In this document: positions 50,070-62,798 of the stretch, piece after piece
Position numbering within the stretch: the stretch's first letter is position 1
Layout of the letters: each line of letters opens with the position of its first letter
Source: Octopus sinensis
Lineage: Eukaryota
Assembly (NCBI RefSeq): GCF_006345805.1
Contig: NC_043001.1
Span: forward strand, 33,666,001 to 33,730,000
Direction: 5' to 3'
DNA length: 64,000 bases
The notes under the pieces: generated by a model
Told to the model about the DNA's origin: nothing
The model's database searches: none
What the model saw: the letters and a program-made list of their open reading frames with translations, nothing else
Made by a program: the position numbers and the translations under genes

Positions 50070-50816
50070 ATATGTGTAGATACTAAAGCTATATTTTGGA
50101 ATTTTTTCTTCTTCTTGTAATGGCTTGTAATTATAATTTCTTACACCCTTTCTGGTTTTGAGTAGCCCAGCTTCTTAAGAATGGTGTTGAGGTAATTAAG
50201 TCACATATCTGCAAGTATCATTTTGAGTAAGAAGATATATGTTCAAACAATCTATCTATCTAACTATCTACACTTGAAGCTACAAAATTACTAATTTATA
50301 TATAAGTAAAAAAAATTACAATAAATATCATCAACAATTCTATGATTACTTATTCACTGACATTTAACTATTTTGAACATGTTTCACAAAAAGTGGTGAT
50401 GTAAGTAGAATAAAACCTGAATGAAAATAACAGAACATTATAAATATGACTTTTAAATGACTTGGCATAAAACAATACCTAATTCATTGATCAATACATG
50501 CAGAGTCAGATGACAGTGCACCAGCTCATGTTTCCACAAGTGTTGTTTCGCTAGAAAATCTATTTTCCCTACTTCAATATGTATTTTTCATTTCATTGTA
50601 ATATAAGGTCTGGAGATTTTTTTACAGATTTTTTCACATTTATATATAAACTGACTAAACTGTTGTTTGAAAATTTGGTATTTTTCTTAGAGCCAATGGT
50701 TCTATCATGAAGTAGTGCTGTAGCCCACTTCTTTCATAAAGCTTATCCTGTGAAAACAAAACAAATTAGTATGAAAAATTCCAGGTCCATCAAATTCATC
50801 ACTGTTTCACATGCAT

Positions 50817-50818
<2 letters not shown>

Positions 50819-50856
<38 letters not shown>
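50819..50856. repeat. (CA)n microsatellite
   Basis: Direct reading. Confidence 0.95.
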
Positions 50857-50962
50857 TTCTTTCTTTTGAATTTTCTTTCTATCTCTAAATGTTCCCAGTA
50901 GTTTTTAAATCACAATGTAAATGCAATATTTTGAAGTTAGATACTATAATTGCTGACAATTA

Positions 50963-51139
50963 GGCATAGGAGTGGCTGTGTGGTAAGTAGCTTGCTTATG
51001 AACCACATGGTTCCGAGTTCAGTCCCACTGTGTGGCACCTTGGGCAAGTGTCTTCTACTATAGCCTCGGGTCGACCAAAGCCTTGTGAGTGGATTTGATA
51101 GACAGAAACTGAAAGAAGCCCGTTGTATATATGTGTGTG

Positions 51140-51192
<53 letters not shown>

Positions 51193-51387
51193 TTGTCCCC
51201 CCAACATCGCTTGACAACCGATGCTGGTGTGTTTACATCCCCGTAACTTAGCAGTTCAGCAAAAGAGACCGATAGAATAAGTACTAGGCTTACAAAGAAT
51301 AAGTCCTGGGGTCAATTTGCTCGACTAAAGATGGTGCTCCAGCATGGCCACAGTCAAACGACTGAAACAAGTAAAAGAGTAAAAGAG
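50963..51387 (+). mobile_element. SINE family A, full length and uninterrupted
   Basis: tRNA-like head (tggctgtgtggt..gagttcagtcc), central TA/TG microsatellite, 3' body and (AGAGTAAA)n-like tail. At least 4 copies in the window. Confidence 0.92.
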
Positions 51388-53454
51388 AGAGTAGAGTAAC
51401 TGGGAATCAAGCTAACTAAGAGATGCACCTATTGGGAATTTAAGGCGCTAGACTATTGATTGCAAAAATCACGAGTCCAAACACTATCTCATGCATATAG
51501 CCCTTTCTCTAAGACACATTAGTCTAATGCCTGTGGCTGCCAAACTACTGCTAGATATCCTCTATAGACAATTCATCAGAAACAAAAATCTAATTTTTAA
51601 TTCACATGTAATTAGTTTTTCTCTTCACTTGTTGGCTGAAGACCTACAGACATCTATCTTCAAAGAACACACAGTTATGCCATATTGTATTTACTCTAGT
51701 GAACCATCTGTTAACAGATTACTTACAGGAAAAAGTTCTAAGATAATGTTTCTTGCACCATTATGTACAATAAAAGTAAAGTTTTAAATAGCGAATATGT
51801 GCACACAACTTCAATGTTGCTTTCACATGTAAGCTTTTAATAATTCCCTAATTCATTTCACATGCCAACTAGACCAAACACAATACATCCCAATAAGCTT
51901 ACACCATTAAATGCTCATATTTCACTAAAACAACAGCACAAAAGTAGGCCTTTTTAAAAAGGAAGAGCCCTGTTTGGAAATCAGTGAATCAGTATGCCCC
52001 AGTCTTATTAATCACTTCAAATATTTGACATAAGGTGAAAACTACATTTTATATCAGCAAGGATTAGTTTACCTAGAAAACAAATTCAAATAAACCCAGT
52101 TCAACTCATTAGCTGATAATATCAACAACACTGCATCTACACTACTTGAATCATTTATTCACTTCTAGTTTTACTGAAAATGTCACTTCCCCATTTGAGC
52201 AGTGTGTTTACAGTATTAAGTTCCTATCACTCTGTTTCCATTGTCTCAAACACAGTGAATTTTGTGATGCAAGTTGGTACAGAAAACCATACATATATCA
52301 AATACCTAAAATCAATTATATTAATGAACATTGAATGCTTTCAAATAAGTATTCAGATTACAGTTTAATATCGCCTACCTATTCGTTTCAATACATTAGG
52401 TTGGCTACTTTTCTTGTGCAAGCTAAGTATAAAAATCTCCTACACCTGGCAAACACCTATAATATAGTGATGTTCATTAATTTTACATCTCCTGATCTAC
52501 TCTTTTAACCAACCGAACATAGGTGGATCAGGCTATATACCGTCTGTTACCATATCCTATATTACATACACAAACACACACTGACACATAGCACGTACAC
52601 AAACACTCCTTAAAGTAGAAATGCATTCACTAATAGAAGTCTGATTCTAGTTCAAACTGGTGAGGATAATTAAAATAATAAATTAAATGACTAAACACAG
52701 TAAGAAGGAAATCAATAAACCAATAATAAGTACAATAAGAAATTTATGAAAACCTATGAAGGCAAACTAATTTCATTTGGGCATTTGCCAATTTCTAGCC
52801 ATATTGTGACAACCATAACGACCCAAACAGTAAGCAAGTAAATATATATATTTACATTCTTACACACTTACTTATACCACCTCTTCACACAAACGCATTC
52901 AAGTGAATGTTTAATGCTGCTTAATATAGAGTATGTAATGTTACAGTTATTGCAGTTTGTTGTATAGCTCTGGTCAGCCTTGATTGAGCACACCTAAGTA
53001 TATTAGAACTTAATCAATACAGATGAGTGTTTGTAATTAATGAAACTGGACACGTGAGAGTAAAAGGTAGGAATTAAAGAAAGCTTGGTGGAAAGATCAC
53101 ATAGGATTTGTTTCTGTTTACTTTAAGCTCCAACAATTGTAAGTCTCAGGCCAACTTGTTACTACATGATTGAAATAATGGGCTGATATACTAATTGTTT
53201 TTATTGATAATTACTGTTTCATATTCAAACATCTACTGCAGCCACCACTACCACCGCCACAACTCAAAATAGTTTTTCATTAGATTCCTGAAGGAGCTAC
53301 TAATTCTCTTACTGTGGAAATCAGATATGTCCAATCAAAATTTCATCACTCTTAGTTGCAGAAAGCAGTTTTATATAGCAATCTACATTTTATTGAGGAA
53401 TGTTATGTTTGACACTATTTTTTGTTCAACGTCGCTTCATTACCAACGTCGCTT

Positions 53455-53716
53455 CACTGGCACCTGTGCCGGTGGCACGTGTAAAAAGATTCGAGCAAGG
53501 TCGTTGTCAGTACTGCCTGACTGGCGCCCATGCCGGTGGCACGTAAAAAGCACCCACTACACTCTCAGAGTGGTTGGTGTTAGGAAGAGCATCCAGCTGT
53601 TGAAACTCTGCCAGATCAAGATTGGAGCCTGGTGCAGCCATCTGGTTTGCCAGCCCTCAGTCAAAATCGTCCAACCCATGCTAGCATGGAAAGCGGACGT
53701 TAAACGATGATGATGA
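53455..53716 (+). mobile_element. RTE 3'-tail fragment
   Basis: ggtggcacgtaaaaagcacccactacactc..ccaacccatgctagcatggaaagcggacgttaaacgatgatgatg. Confidence 0.88.
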
Positions 53717-54730
53717 TATGTCAAGTTTATTAGGCCAACGTGAATAGCAGAAAATACCAATTCTATTCATTGGTAAATATTTAACACCATTACAAGAATA
53801 ACCATGAAATTTAATTTCACAGTTAAAGGGTAAAGATATATGTATAGAGGGATTTATCAGTACAAACGTGTGTGTGTGTACATGTGCATATTGATGAAGC
53901 TGGGCAACCTTACACAAGAAGAAAATTAATTTCTTAACTTCAAAACTATCAAGAAAAAATATAAGTTAAAGCAATAAACTTTTGATGGTTCAAAAATATA
54001 ATAGTAAAGATAAGATATTCTGAGATGAGACAGAGAAATGAAAACAAAGGACTTCATTTTGCATTTAATTTTCCAGTCAATAGTGAAACACCACATTAAC
54101 AGCAATAAAATATGTTCGTAAAAGGCTTGAAAGATTAAATGAAATTAGTGTAACAAATATCTCATCATGTCACAATTGGTGAAATTTGAGAAGAAATTAG
54201 TCCAAACATGTCAAAATTATTTTTGTTTTACAGTGTTAGGAAAAGATAATTAGAGAGGACATAGTGAAAATGAGAAATGTAAAAAGATGAGTAAACTAAT
54301 TGTTTGAGTAGAGAAAAGACCACACTTAGTAAAGAAGAGATTGCACTTAGTAGAATAGAGAAAAGACAATAGAATTATTGGCTCAAAGCACAGAATCAGT
54401 TATTTGTAATGACAAAAGCAACAAGTAAATGATAGAGATCAATAGCAGATTCTAAAAGATTTCAGTGGTGTAAAACAAAAGTTCTGAAGTTGGTGAGCCA
54501 TTCAACAGGAATGCAATATCCATAGTAGATATAACCTCTTATACAGAAAATCTGCTTGTTATCTCAGAGTACACTGATTATCAACCAATTTGTAACACTG
54601 AGCATCAGGTGATCAGTGTTACAAATTGGTCAATAATAAAGTAATTTCTGTTTCAGAAGATGTACTTTTAATTTATGTGAAAAACATGAGATTTTTGGGA
54701 ACACTCCTCAAGACATTCAATCCTAATATA

Positions 54731-55944
54731 TTAGGTTGGCAACTAAGTTCCTGTGGGTTTTTTTTAAATTTTGGAATCTATTTTTTTCGAGAATTCTATT
54801 TTTGAGTCATTTTGGAATCTATTTTGTTATTTTTTCAAGTTAATTTTAGTTAATTTTTGTTTATTTTCAGATTATTAAAATGGAATGTCAAGTTAAGAAA
54901 AACGAGCATTTTCGACACCTTCTTTTTGCTTTTAATCAAGGTTCTAAGGCTTCAAAAGATGCTGTGTATGGAGAGAGTGCCATAGCTGAAAGAACTGCTT
55001 GTGATTGGTATGCCAAGTTCAAAAATGGAAATTTTGACCTCAAAAATGCTCCTCATTCTGGCCGTCTAGTTGAGTTCGATAAAGAGCGATTAAACCAACA
55101 TTTGCACAAAAATTCTCGTCAAGCAACAAGGGAACTGGCAGAGAAAATGGAATGCTCCCACACTGGTGTAGAGAAACATCTTCACTTGATGGGAAAGGTT
55201 CAGAAGTATGGAGCATGGGTTCCGCATGCTTTAAGTGACAACAACAAAAATCAACGAGCCACAATCTCCACTGGTTTGTTTTCTTGTCACTACTCAGGTG
55301 ACGAAAAATGGTGCCTGTACATCAATATGAAACAGTGTAAGGAATGGCTTAGCCCCAGTAAACAAGCGACACCACGTGTGAAACAAGATTTTCATCTGCG
55401 TAAAATGATGTTGTGTGTATGGCGGAACTGGGAAGGGATTATCCATTACGAATTGCTTGAACAGAACCAAACGGTCAACGCAGAACTCTATGTTCAGCAG
55501 CTGGAACAACTCAACATAGCTATTCAAGAGAAAAGACCTAATTGGCAGCATGGAGTTCTTCTGCTGCACGACAATGCCCGCCCTCATATCGCCAATTTGA
55601 CCAAGGAAGCCATTCAAACGCATGGCTAGGAAGTGCTGCCACACCCGCTGTACTCTTCTGATTTGGCACCAACAGATTTTCACCTCTTTTAATCTCTTTC
55701 AAATGCTATGCGCAGAGTTTCGTTCAATACTGATGCAGAATTAAGAGCTTGTTGGATCAATTTTTTGCGTCGAAATCAGGTGATTTCTACCAACGAGGTA
55801 TTGAAAATCTTGTTGAATGTTGGGAAGAAGTTGTAAACAACACGGGTGAATACATTATTGATTAATTAATTGTTATTTTTTATTAAACCTTTTAAAAAAT
55901 TTTAATTTGAAAAAAACCCAGCAGGAACTTACTTGCCAACCCAA
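54731..55944 (+). mobile_element. Mariner (DD34D-type) transposon, near full length, inactive transposase
   Basis: TA TSDs (54729-54730, 55945-55946). ~31-bp TIRs TTAGGTTGGCAACTAAGTTCCTG / CAGGAACTTACTTGCCAACCCAA. ORF 54880-55629 contains WVPHAL, GDEKW and LLHDNARPH, then a premature TAG, followed by HPLYSSDLAPTDFHLF (YSPDLAP motif). Confidence 0.95.
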
Positions 55945-56500
55945 TATAAGGCTTAGCAGTGTGAGTGTACATGTATATGTATAAAGGTATTTCCAACTAG
56001 AACCTTTCTTACCACTAATAGCCCAAAATAGAGTTGAAGGTTAGGTAAACTAAAACACGCAGAGCTGTGCACTTTTTCCAGGAACACAATAGCTGTTGAC
56101 AGAACAGAACTCAAGAACAAGTGGTCAGTCATCAAGTAAATTAACCTTAAAAAATGTTGTTTCTCAGTGCTCACAGACATACATGTTATGTCAGGTCTAT
56201 TTCAACTCTTCAAGTTCTACTGACATTAAAACTGTTTACATGCATTATGATGACAATATGAACAGTATGAAGTATTTTGATTGGACTCTCTCACTTTATA
56301 TATATATATAAAATTGTGCATAGAAATGTGATATGGTTTACATAAGTGTCTAATACACCCATGTGGTAAAGTATAGTGTCTGGTACAGTTATCTACACAT
56401 TCAAACAAACAAAAATATATAACATGCACATATAGTCAGGTACATAATTCCATGTTACCAAAATCTTTTCTTGTGCAAAGACGAAAGAGAAGAATCGTAC

Positions 56501-56557
56501 CTGTTTCCTCTGAAGGGCATTTAACAGGGTTACGACAAGATGGTAGACCTTCACCGT
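56501..56557 (-). CDS. GRAMD1: Candidate 57-nt symmetric cassette exon of GRAMD1 (DGEGLPSCRNPVKCPSEET)
   Basis: Long pyrimidine tract ttttcttttttttctcctttcatttttttcatgcacactgaag and donor G|gtacga. Phase 1 to 1, open in the required frame, 157 nt downstream of the linker exon. Confidence 0.6.
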
Positions 56558-56714
56558 CTTCAGTGTGCATGAAAAAAATGAAAGGAGAAAAAAAAGAAAA
56601 GATAGCAAATAAAATTATGCCTGAGTGCAGTGCAAGCCAATTTTAAATGTTGATTAGAATGAAGCAAATAGAAAGGAGAAATATAATGTGGTCCTTAATG
56701 ATAAATTGACTAAC

Positions 56715-56886
56715 CATCACTCTCTTCTGTGGTATCACCAAAATCTGTTAATGGTTCATCCCCATTAACAATGGGATCCTGGGAAGGCTCAAAGGCATCA
56801 TCAGTAGCAACGAGATCAGTGTCATCAGCATTTGTAATGGATTCTGTTTGAACCACATGCTGATCGGAGGAATCAGTTGGACAGTC
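56715..56886 (-). CDS. GRAMD1: GRAMD1 exon, acidic linker before VASt (DCPTDSSD..DFGDTTEESD)
   Basis: tgtttctatcttttccag / gttagt, 172 nt, phase 0 to 1. Splices in frame to the VASt exon at 42467 with or without the 57-nt exon. Confidence 0.85.
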
Positions 56887-58012
56887 CTGGAAAAGATAGA
56901 AACAAAGCAAAACATTTATTTGTTAGTTGGTACCCAAGAACCAGTTGTTTATATCAGTTACTGCTCAACCTGATCATATCTTAATTGGAGGCACAGCTCT
57001 CTTTGACCTCTTAACAATCTGTAAACAAATTAATGTTAACAATATTTCAGAAACTATTTTTGAATTACACATACTTCTAAGAGTGCCACAAGAATTAGAT
57101 ATAAAAAAAAATCTTTTTCTCTGACCATGTTTTACATTTAATAAATATACATTTGTCCAGACTATTAACCTGTGTATTCACGATACTTACACCTACCATA
57201 CATTTCAATTGGCTTGATTGCCAATCCTCATTAAGTGTCATTGTCATAGATATGTACCAACTGAATTTAATTGAGAAACTTCAGGTCTAAGTCAAAGGTG
57301 TGTACACATGTCAGAGAATTACTGAAGAATATCATTACTTTAGAAATAGAGGTTCCTGAATTTAATATGATCTGGGGTTATATACATTTAGGAAGAGACA
57401 CCTAATGATGATCAGAAATCAAACTGATAGAAACTTGGTATACAGATGTAAATTTACACCCTGTAGATGAGATTAATATAATTATAGTCATGAAGAACAG
57501 CTCATCTAGATAAGGTACCATTTAGATATTTACCTTATCTGGAAACATTTCAATTCCTTCATGAATCATATATAAACAGATATTTTATAAGGATGATAAA
57601 CAAATAAGTGACGAGGTAATGTTATAAAGCCAAAAAAATCAATTTATTTTGCATATTTGAATGGCATAATTATCCATAATTCATCAAAATGATTTGAGTA
57701 ACAGATGGTTTATTGTTTAAATGTGTTAGTTTCCTAATAGAGTAGGAAGTAATAACACTAAATGAAATTTTAATTATGAGTTGAAAAAACTGTAATTAAC
57801 TAAACAAAAAGCAAAAGCATTTTAAAAAAAACAGATAGTAAACAACTATTGATATCTTAGAATTAAATGAGTTGGAAGGTGGAACTCATTTAATTTTTTT
57901 TTTATTTTATGCAGACTTTCTGGTACAGTCAACCAAGCAAATATGAAGATAAAACTAATTCATTTGCTATTTAACATAATTAAGCAGCGAAAACTCATTA
58001 AACCATAATTAC

Positions 58013-58051
58013 TGTTTCATTCGCCACTAGTACTTTTGTTTTAAACAGTTT
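58013..58051 (-). CDS. Candidate 39-nt microexon (KLFKTKVLVANET)
   Basis: Acceptor ttctctcttgtttgatcttacatttcccatttgtag and donor gtaatt. Open only in phase 0, which is the phase the next exon needs. Confidence 0.4.
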
Positions 58052-58321
58052 CTACAAATGGGAAATGTAAGATCAAACAAGAGAGAAGTATTTAATAGTG
58101 ACAATTAAGTACCATGTATAATGGGCTTCTCAGTATCATTCTGAATTTTTCTTCAAATATTCTAAGATTTAAATTGTAAAAACCTTTTCTCATTTTCCTT
58201 CTCATAACAATCTCGTATTACTATCCTTTTTGGGGAAACAAAGCAAGTAAAATTCTATTGGTGATTTTTAATTGCTAACATATGTGACTATACAAAGTAG
58301 GATTAGTTTTGTAATGTTTAC

Positions 58322-58356
58322 AAGCAGAAACTGATCTAACACATTAGTTTCATGCG
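58322..58356 (-). CDS. Candidate 35-nt small exon (xHETNVLDQFLL), phase 1 to 0
   Basis: Very strong tract ttttttctcctctttctggcttttgtag; moderate donor gtaaac. Only the phase-1 frame is open. Confidence 0.3.
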
Positions 58357-59320
58357 CTACAAAAGCCAGAAAGAGGAGAAAAAACAAATTAAGTTTTAGA
58401 GTTGTAACAATTGTCAGAAAACTCATTGGTTGATGCTAAATCTATTTACAGATTCCAATATGCATTTAGATAAATTTAAATTGGATATGTTTTTCTATAA
58501 TGGAAAAAAACATTTGAAACATCTGCAAGATGGCAACTTGACCCTAAATTTTGAAAGCTTGATATAATATTACTTGTAGCTACCATATTTCTCAACACAA
58601 ATCTATTTATCATTTTAACATCCACTTTTCCATGATTGCAGGGCTCAGATGTAATTTGTTAAGACAGATTTTCTATGACTGGACACCCTTCCTGTTGCCA
58701 ACGTTCACCAGTTTCCAAGCAAGGTAATGCTTGTTTATGATTAGACATGTTTTTACAGAAGATTAGAAATGAAAAGAGACTACATATATGACTGTGATGT
58801 TCTTTTACACTTGGTGTCAAGACAAGGAAACATAAACACACACTAACCACTTACAACTAGACAGCCAAAGTATTTCAATTAATTTTCATGAAGACATGGG
58901 AGGGGTTTAATAAATTGTAATTTGATATATTGTTATACTATGGCAGTGTTGACCAACTGAAATAGCACTCTACCATTAATGTTATAATGAGATTTTAATT
59001 TAAATATGCTTCAGCACAGCCTACACTGTTGTGATGGCTAAAACAAAGATTTCAAGTAGGTGACTTAAGTGATACAAGGAAAAACACCATAAACAACAGT
59101 GCCAGTAATTCATATATGAATTTGCAAAGCAATCTCTATTTTTCAATCATTTGTCCATTTCTAATATCTAGCAAGGAATTTATAAAGTGAGGGGTTTTGC
59201 ATATTGGAGATATTGTTTTTACTACTGCATACCCTTCCTATTACTAACTAACTACTCACTACAAAAGTAGAAAGTAGAGCCTGTATTGTTAGCAAAATAG
59301 GCTGATGTAGGAAGAATTAC

Positions 59321-59339
59321 CCAACTGACAAGTCATGTT
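59321..59339 (-). CDS. Candidate 19-nt microexon (AACATGACTTGTCAGTTGG)
   Basis: Acceptor ttctttttttttttccttttgatag and donor G|gtaatt. Read in phase 0 to 1 it pairs with the 35-nt candidate (19+35=54 nt, in frame). Confidence 0.3.
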
Positions 59340-59558
59340 CTATCAAAAGGAAAAAAAAAAAGAACTCCAAAGTAGGTCAAAATTTTATGGCCATTTTCCA
59401 TGCACTGTCTTTCATTTTATTTAAATCTGTATCTCAGAGTTTAAATATTCTAGAATATTTTTTAATGAAATAAAATAAAAATACCATCCTCAAAATGAGA
59501 AGTTGATAGCATTTCATTTCATTACAGAATATATTTAAAAATATATTCTATATATATA

Positions 59559-59877
59559 AGGGTAAAGACCCCTTCGGTCATGAATGACCATGGGATTGCA
59601 CCTAAAATATTTCTCTCTGAGGCACAAGTCCAGGCAAAGTTGTTTATGGAATACCAGCAGTTGCCCATGCCTCCCCTTTTATCACCGTCGATGTTATCCA
59701 AAGGAAAAAGCAAAAGCTGATATAGCTTGGCACCAGTGACATCGCAACTCATTTTCTACAGCTGAGTGAACTGGAGCAATGTGATATAAAATGTCTTGCT
59801 CAAGAACACAACACATAGCCTGGTTTCAGAATCAAACTCACTACCTCATGATTGTGAACCTGACACTCTAACCATGG
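59559..59877 (-). mobile_element. tRNA-derived SINE of a third family (CORE-like central domain)
   Basis: Reverse strand shows a tRNA-like head, ttgctccagttcactcagctgtagaaaatgagttgcga, and a 3' end gcaatcccatggtcattcatgaccgaaggggtctttaccc. Partial copy at 18590-18790. Confidence 0.7.
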
Positions 59878-61570
59878 AGATATACATAAAATTAACTATC
59901 CATTAAAATTTTATGACTTAAAAATGATGAATTAATGCTAATAAATTGACTGGTTGATTAAAAAATGTTAGAAAATAACTAGTATTATAAGTCAAAGAAG
60001 AATCACCACTTTTGTTTCATTTGCATGGATTAGATGAAATTCATTAACGCAGGTTTCTATGGCCAAATAGTTTTCCAGTCCTTCAAACAGCACAAATGCA
60101 GAACATGTTTACACAGAAGATTGCAAATACAAGACATCTTGTGTATGAATGACATTTGTTTATAATTAGCACAGGACAAGAGTTCATGAACACACACACA
60201 TACAATCATCATCATCATCCTCATCCTCCTCTTCCTCCTCATCGTCATTTTAATGTCCACTTTTCCATGCTTGAATATGTCACATAAAATTCATTGAGAT
60301 AAATTTTCTATGGCCTGTCATCAACACTCACCTGTTTCCAAGGAATATTTCCCTTTAGCTAGGAGACGACAAGAAAGGAATGACACTGCTTGGATGATGG
60401 TGACACTCACATACAACTATCATTCAATATGAAAACAAGGAGACACGAACACATGTGGACACACACATGCGGCTTCTTTCAGTTACCATCAACCAAATAC
60501 ACTCAGAAGGCTTTGGTCAGCCCTGGCTATAGTAGAAGACACTGGCCCAAGATACCTTGCAGTGAGACTACAACTGAAACCATGTGGTTGGGAAGCAAAC
60601 CACACTGCTATGCCTACACCCAGAACAAGAAGAAAATAAAATTCTTTCAGCTCGTTTTGAACTATTATTTGCAGATATAGATTCAAAATTAAATTTAGAG
60701 GTACTTGAGACATAGATGTAATGCAAAGACAGAAACTAAAGTCATCTCCCTAAACATCTACTGTAACCAAAGTACAGAATACTAATATTTGATACATTCC
60801 ACCCAAAGACTAGTACATGTCTCACTTAATTCCAAACTATTCACAATAAACATTACCTGATATTTCAATCACCTCACTGTCCAAACTCTGTTCATTCACC
60901 GTAATTTAATCTTTCTACAGTTTGGCCACAGTTTACAATAGTGAAACATAAACTTTGTGGCAAGGTTGTATAAATCAATGAATGTGAAGTCTCTTAGTAA
61001 TTAATGCATAGAGAAATGCCTGTATCTTTTCTATAACTAAGAAGTTCTGGAACATGCAGTGGTTCGCAGCACTGATAAAGCCCCTATACAAATATTTACC
61101 TGATATTTTATCAAACTATTTCTGTTCACCTATTAATATTTTTATATGAATAATTTCAAGCACAAGCACACGGCCTCAAATTTGAGGAGAAAAACAGTCT
61201 GTTGAATTGAAACTGATACTTAACTGGTACTTATCTCATGGAACCTGGAAGGATGGAAAGTAAAAGATGGACTCTGCGAAGATCTGAACTGATAAACTCA
61301 TGGCATGTAATGATATACTACGGAATGCTGTTTACTGCTCTACTGGTTCTGATAGTTATTTCTAACATGGGGAGAAATTTAACAATTTTGAAGAATGCTG
61401 TCAACTTAATTGATTGCAAAATTTAATAGACACTCAGCTTACATCCCCACCTCCACAACTAGAAAAATGTAAAGCAAAGCAGATTTCAATAAGATTTGAA
61501 TTAAGAATATACCTGCAATGCTGCCAAACGTTTTTTTTCTTTCAGTAATCTAGTGATTCTACAATCCAAC

Positions 61571-61622
61571 ACTACTACTACTACTACTACTACTGCTACT
61601 ACTACTACTGCTACTACTACTA
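61571..61622. repeat. (CTA)n microsatellite
   Basis: Direct reading. Confidence 0.9.
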
Positions 61623-62269
61623 GTATCAAACTAGAAAAATTTAAGCAGAACATGAACAGAATCAACTTCACTTGTCAAGGTAGTCAACTGAAAAAGTTCA
61701 AAAGGAATTGAGTTTGTCAAGAATAGGAGCTAAAAAGTTGCTGAAAATGAGAAGTTGAAGATAATGGAGAATGAAATTAAAAATATCTTCAGAATGAACT
61801 TATTGAATATAGAAATGATTTTGGTCGATATTTGTCACCTACTCTCTCCGCCAATCATCTCCTTTCTGTGCCTTCTCTCCTCTTCCTGTCTTGCCCTTCA
61901 TCATAAATGTTTCAGTTATTTTCACCTTTGATGCTCTCACATATCTACTGTAACCCCCACCACTAAACCCCTTCTATATTACACACCTTCATTTCCTCCA
62001 GTCATCATATCTTGCCCACTCACTCACCTTAAGCCTCTATATCATCTCACCTATTCAATGTCTCTTGAGGGCATGTTCCAACGCATCTTCACTATCACCC
62101 TCTTTATCTTACTCTTCTAACTCACTCTCCTTTGTTTTCCAACTGGGGTATCCAAGACACTTATATCTGTCCCTCTATACCATATCTCTCTCAACTGGCA
62201 CAAAGCTACACCTCCTCAATACTACTCTCCCCTCCCAGTTGAGGGGACTTTTAGTTTTGCAAGGTACTT

Positions 62270-62502
62270 TGTGATCCAGTTGGTGCTGGTGCCATGTAAA
62301 AAACATTGGTACTGGTGCCACATAAAGGGCACCCAGTATATTCTGTAAAGTGGTTGGTGATAGAAGGGCATCCAGCAGTAGAAACCATGCCAAAACAATG
62401 GAAATTGGTGCAGCTCCTGACCTTGCCTAGCTCCTGTCAAACCATCCAATCCATGCCAGCATGGAAAACCAATGTTAAATGGTGATGATGATGATGATGA
62501 CA
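62270..62502 (+). mobile_element. RTE 3'-tail fragment
   Basis: gtggttggtgatagaagggcatccag..ccatgccagcatggaaaaccaatgttaaatggtgatgatg. Confidence 0.75.
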
Positions 62503-62578
62503 ACAATGATATCAATTACTAATAAACCACATGTCTATTTCCGCCACTTCAAATAATGAAGCCCTGTACTGATATTAA

Positions 62579-62798
62579 CCCTTTTGTTACTGTATTTATT
62601 TTGAGATGCTCTGTGTTTCTTTCAATTACTTTAAATATAACAAAGAATTTAGTAAAATAACTTAGTTATCATTCAGCTAGTGTTAGGAACATAAATTATG
62701 ACTAAGGTTTGGTGGAAGATTTTAATTCAATACTTATGAAAACAAGACATTTGTACTTAGAACCAGAGCCGGTTTCAGCTGGGTTGGTAACGAAAGGG
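62579..62798. mobile_element. 220-bp piggyBac-like MITE
   Basis: TTAA on both sides (62575-62578, 62799-62802). TIRs CCCTTTTGTTAC / GTAACGAAAGGG match 11 of 12. Confidence 0.8.

Noticed and set aside
50650-50747. Strong minus-strand acceptor tttgttttgttttcacag at 50748
   Set aside because: In the required phase 1 it gives GGA TAA, an immediate stop, and there is no good donor. It could be a poison or terminal exon, but nothing supports that.
49930-51060. tRNA-like sequences
   Set aside because: They are SINE heads: A/B-box remnants continue into SINE bodies and there is no complete cloverleaf.
57191-57260. 70-nt exon-like unit with a gtaagt donor (WYISMTMTLNEDWQSSQLKCMVG)
   Set aside because: Weak pyrimidine tract, and it needs a phase-2 upstream partner. 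It only fits under one reading of the 19-nt candidate. Kept as a fallback, not reported.
60857-60899. Protein-like VNEQSLDSEVIEIS followed by a gtaatg donor
   Set aside because: No AG acceptor between it and the upstream in-frame TAA; acceptors further upstream hit stops in all frames.
61443-61458. 16-nt microexon-like unit with TGC-rich acceptor and gtaagc donor
   Set aside because: It lies within what appears to be a decayed Meta-like SINE and is frame-shifting, so it is probably a repeat-derived coincidence.
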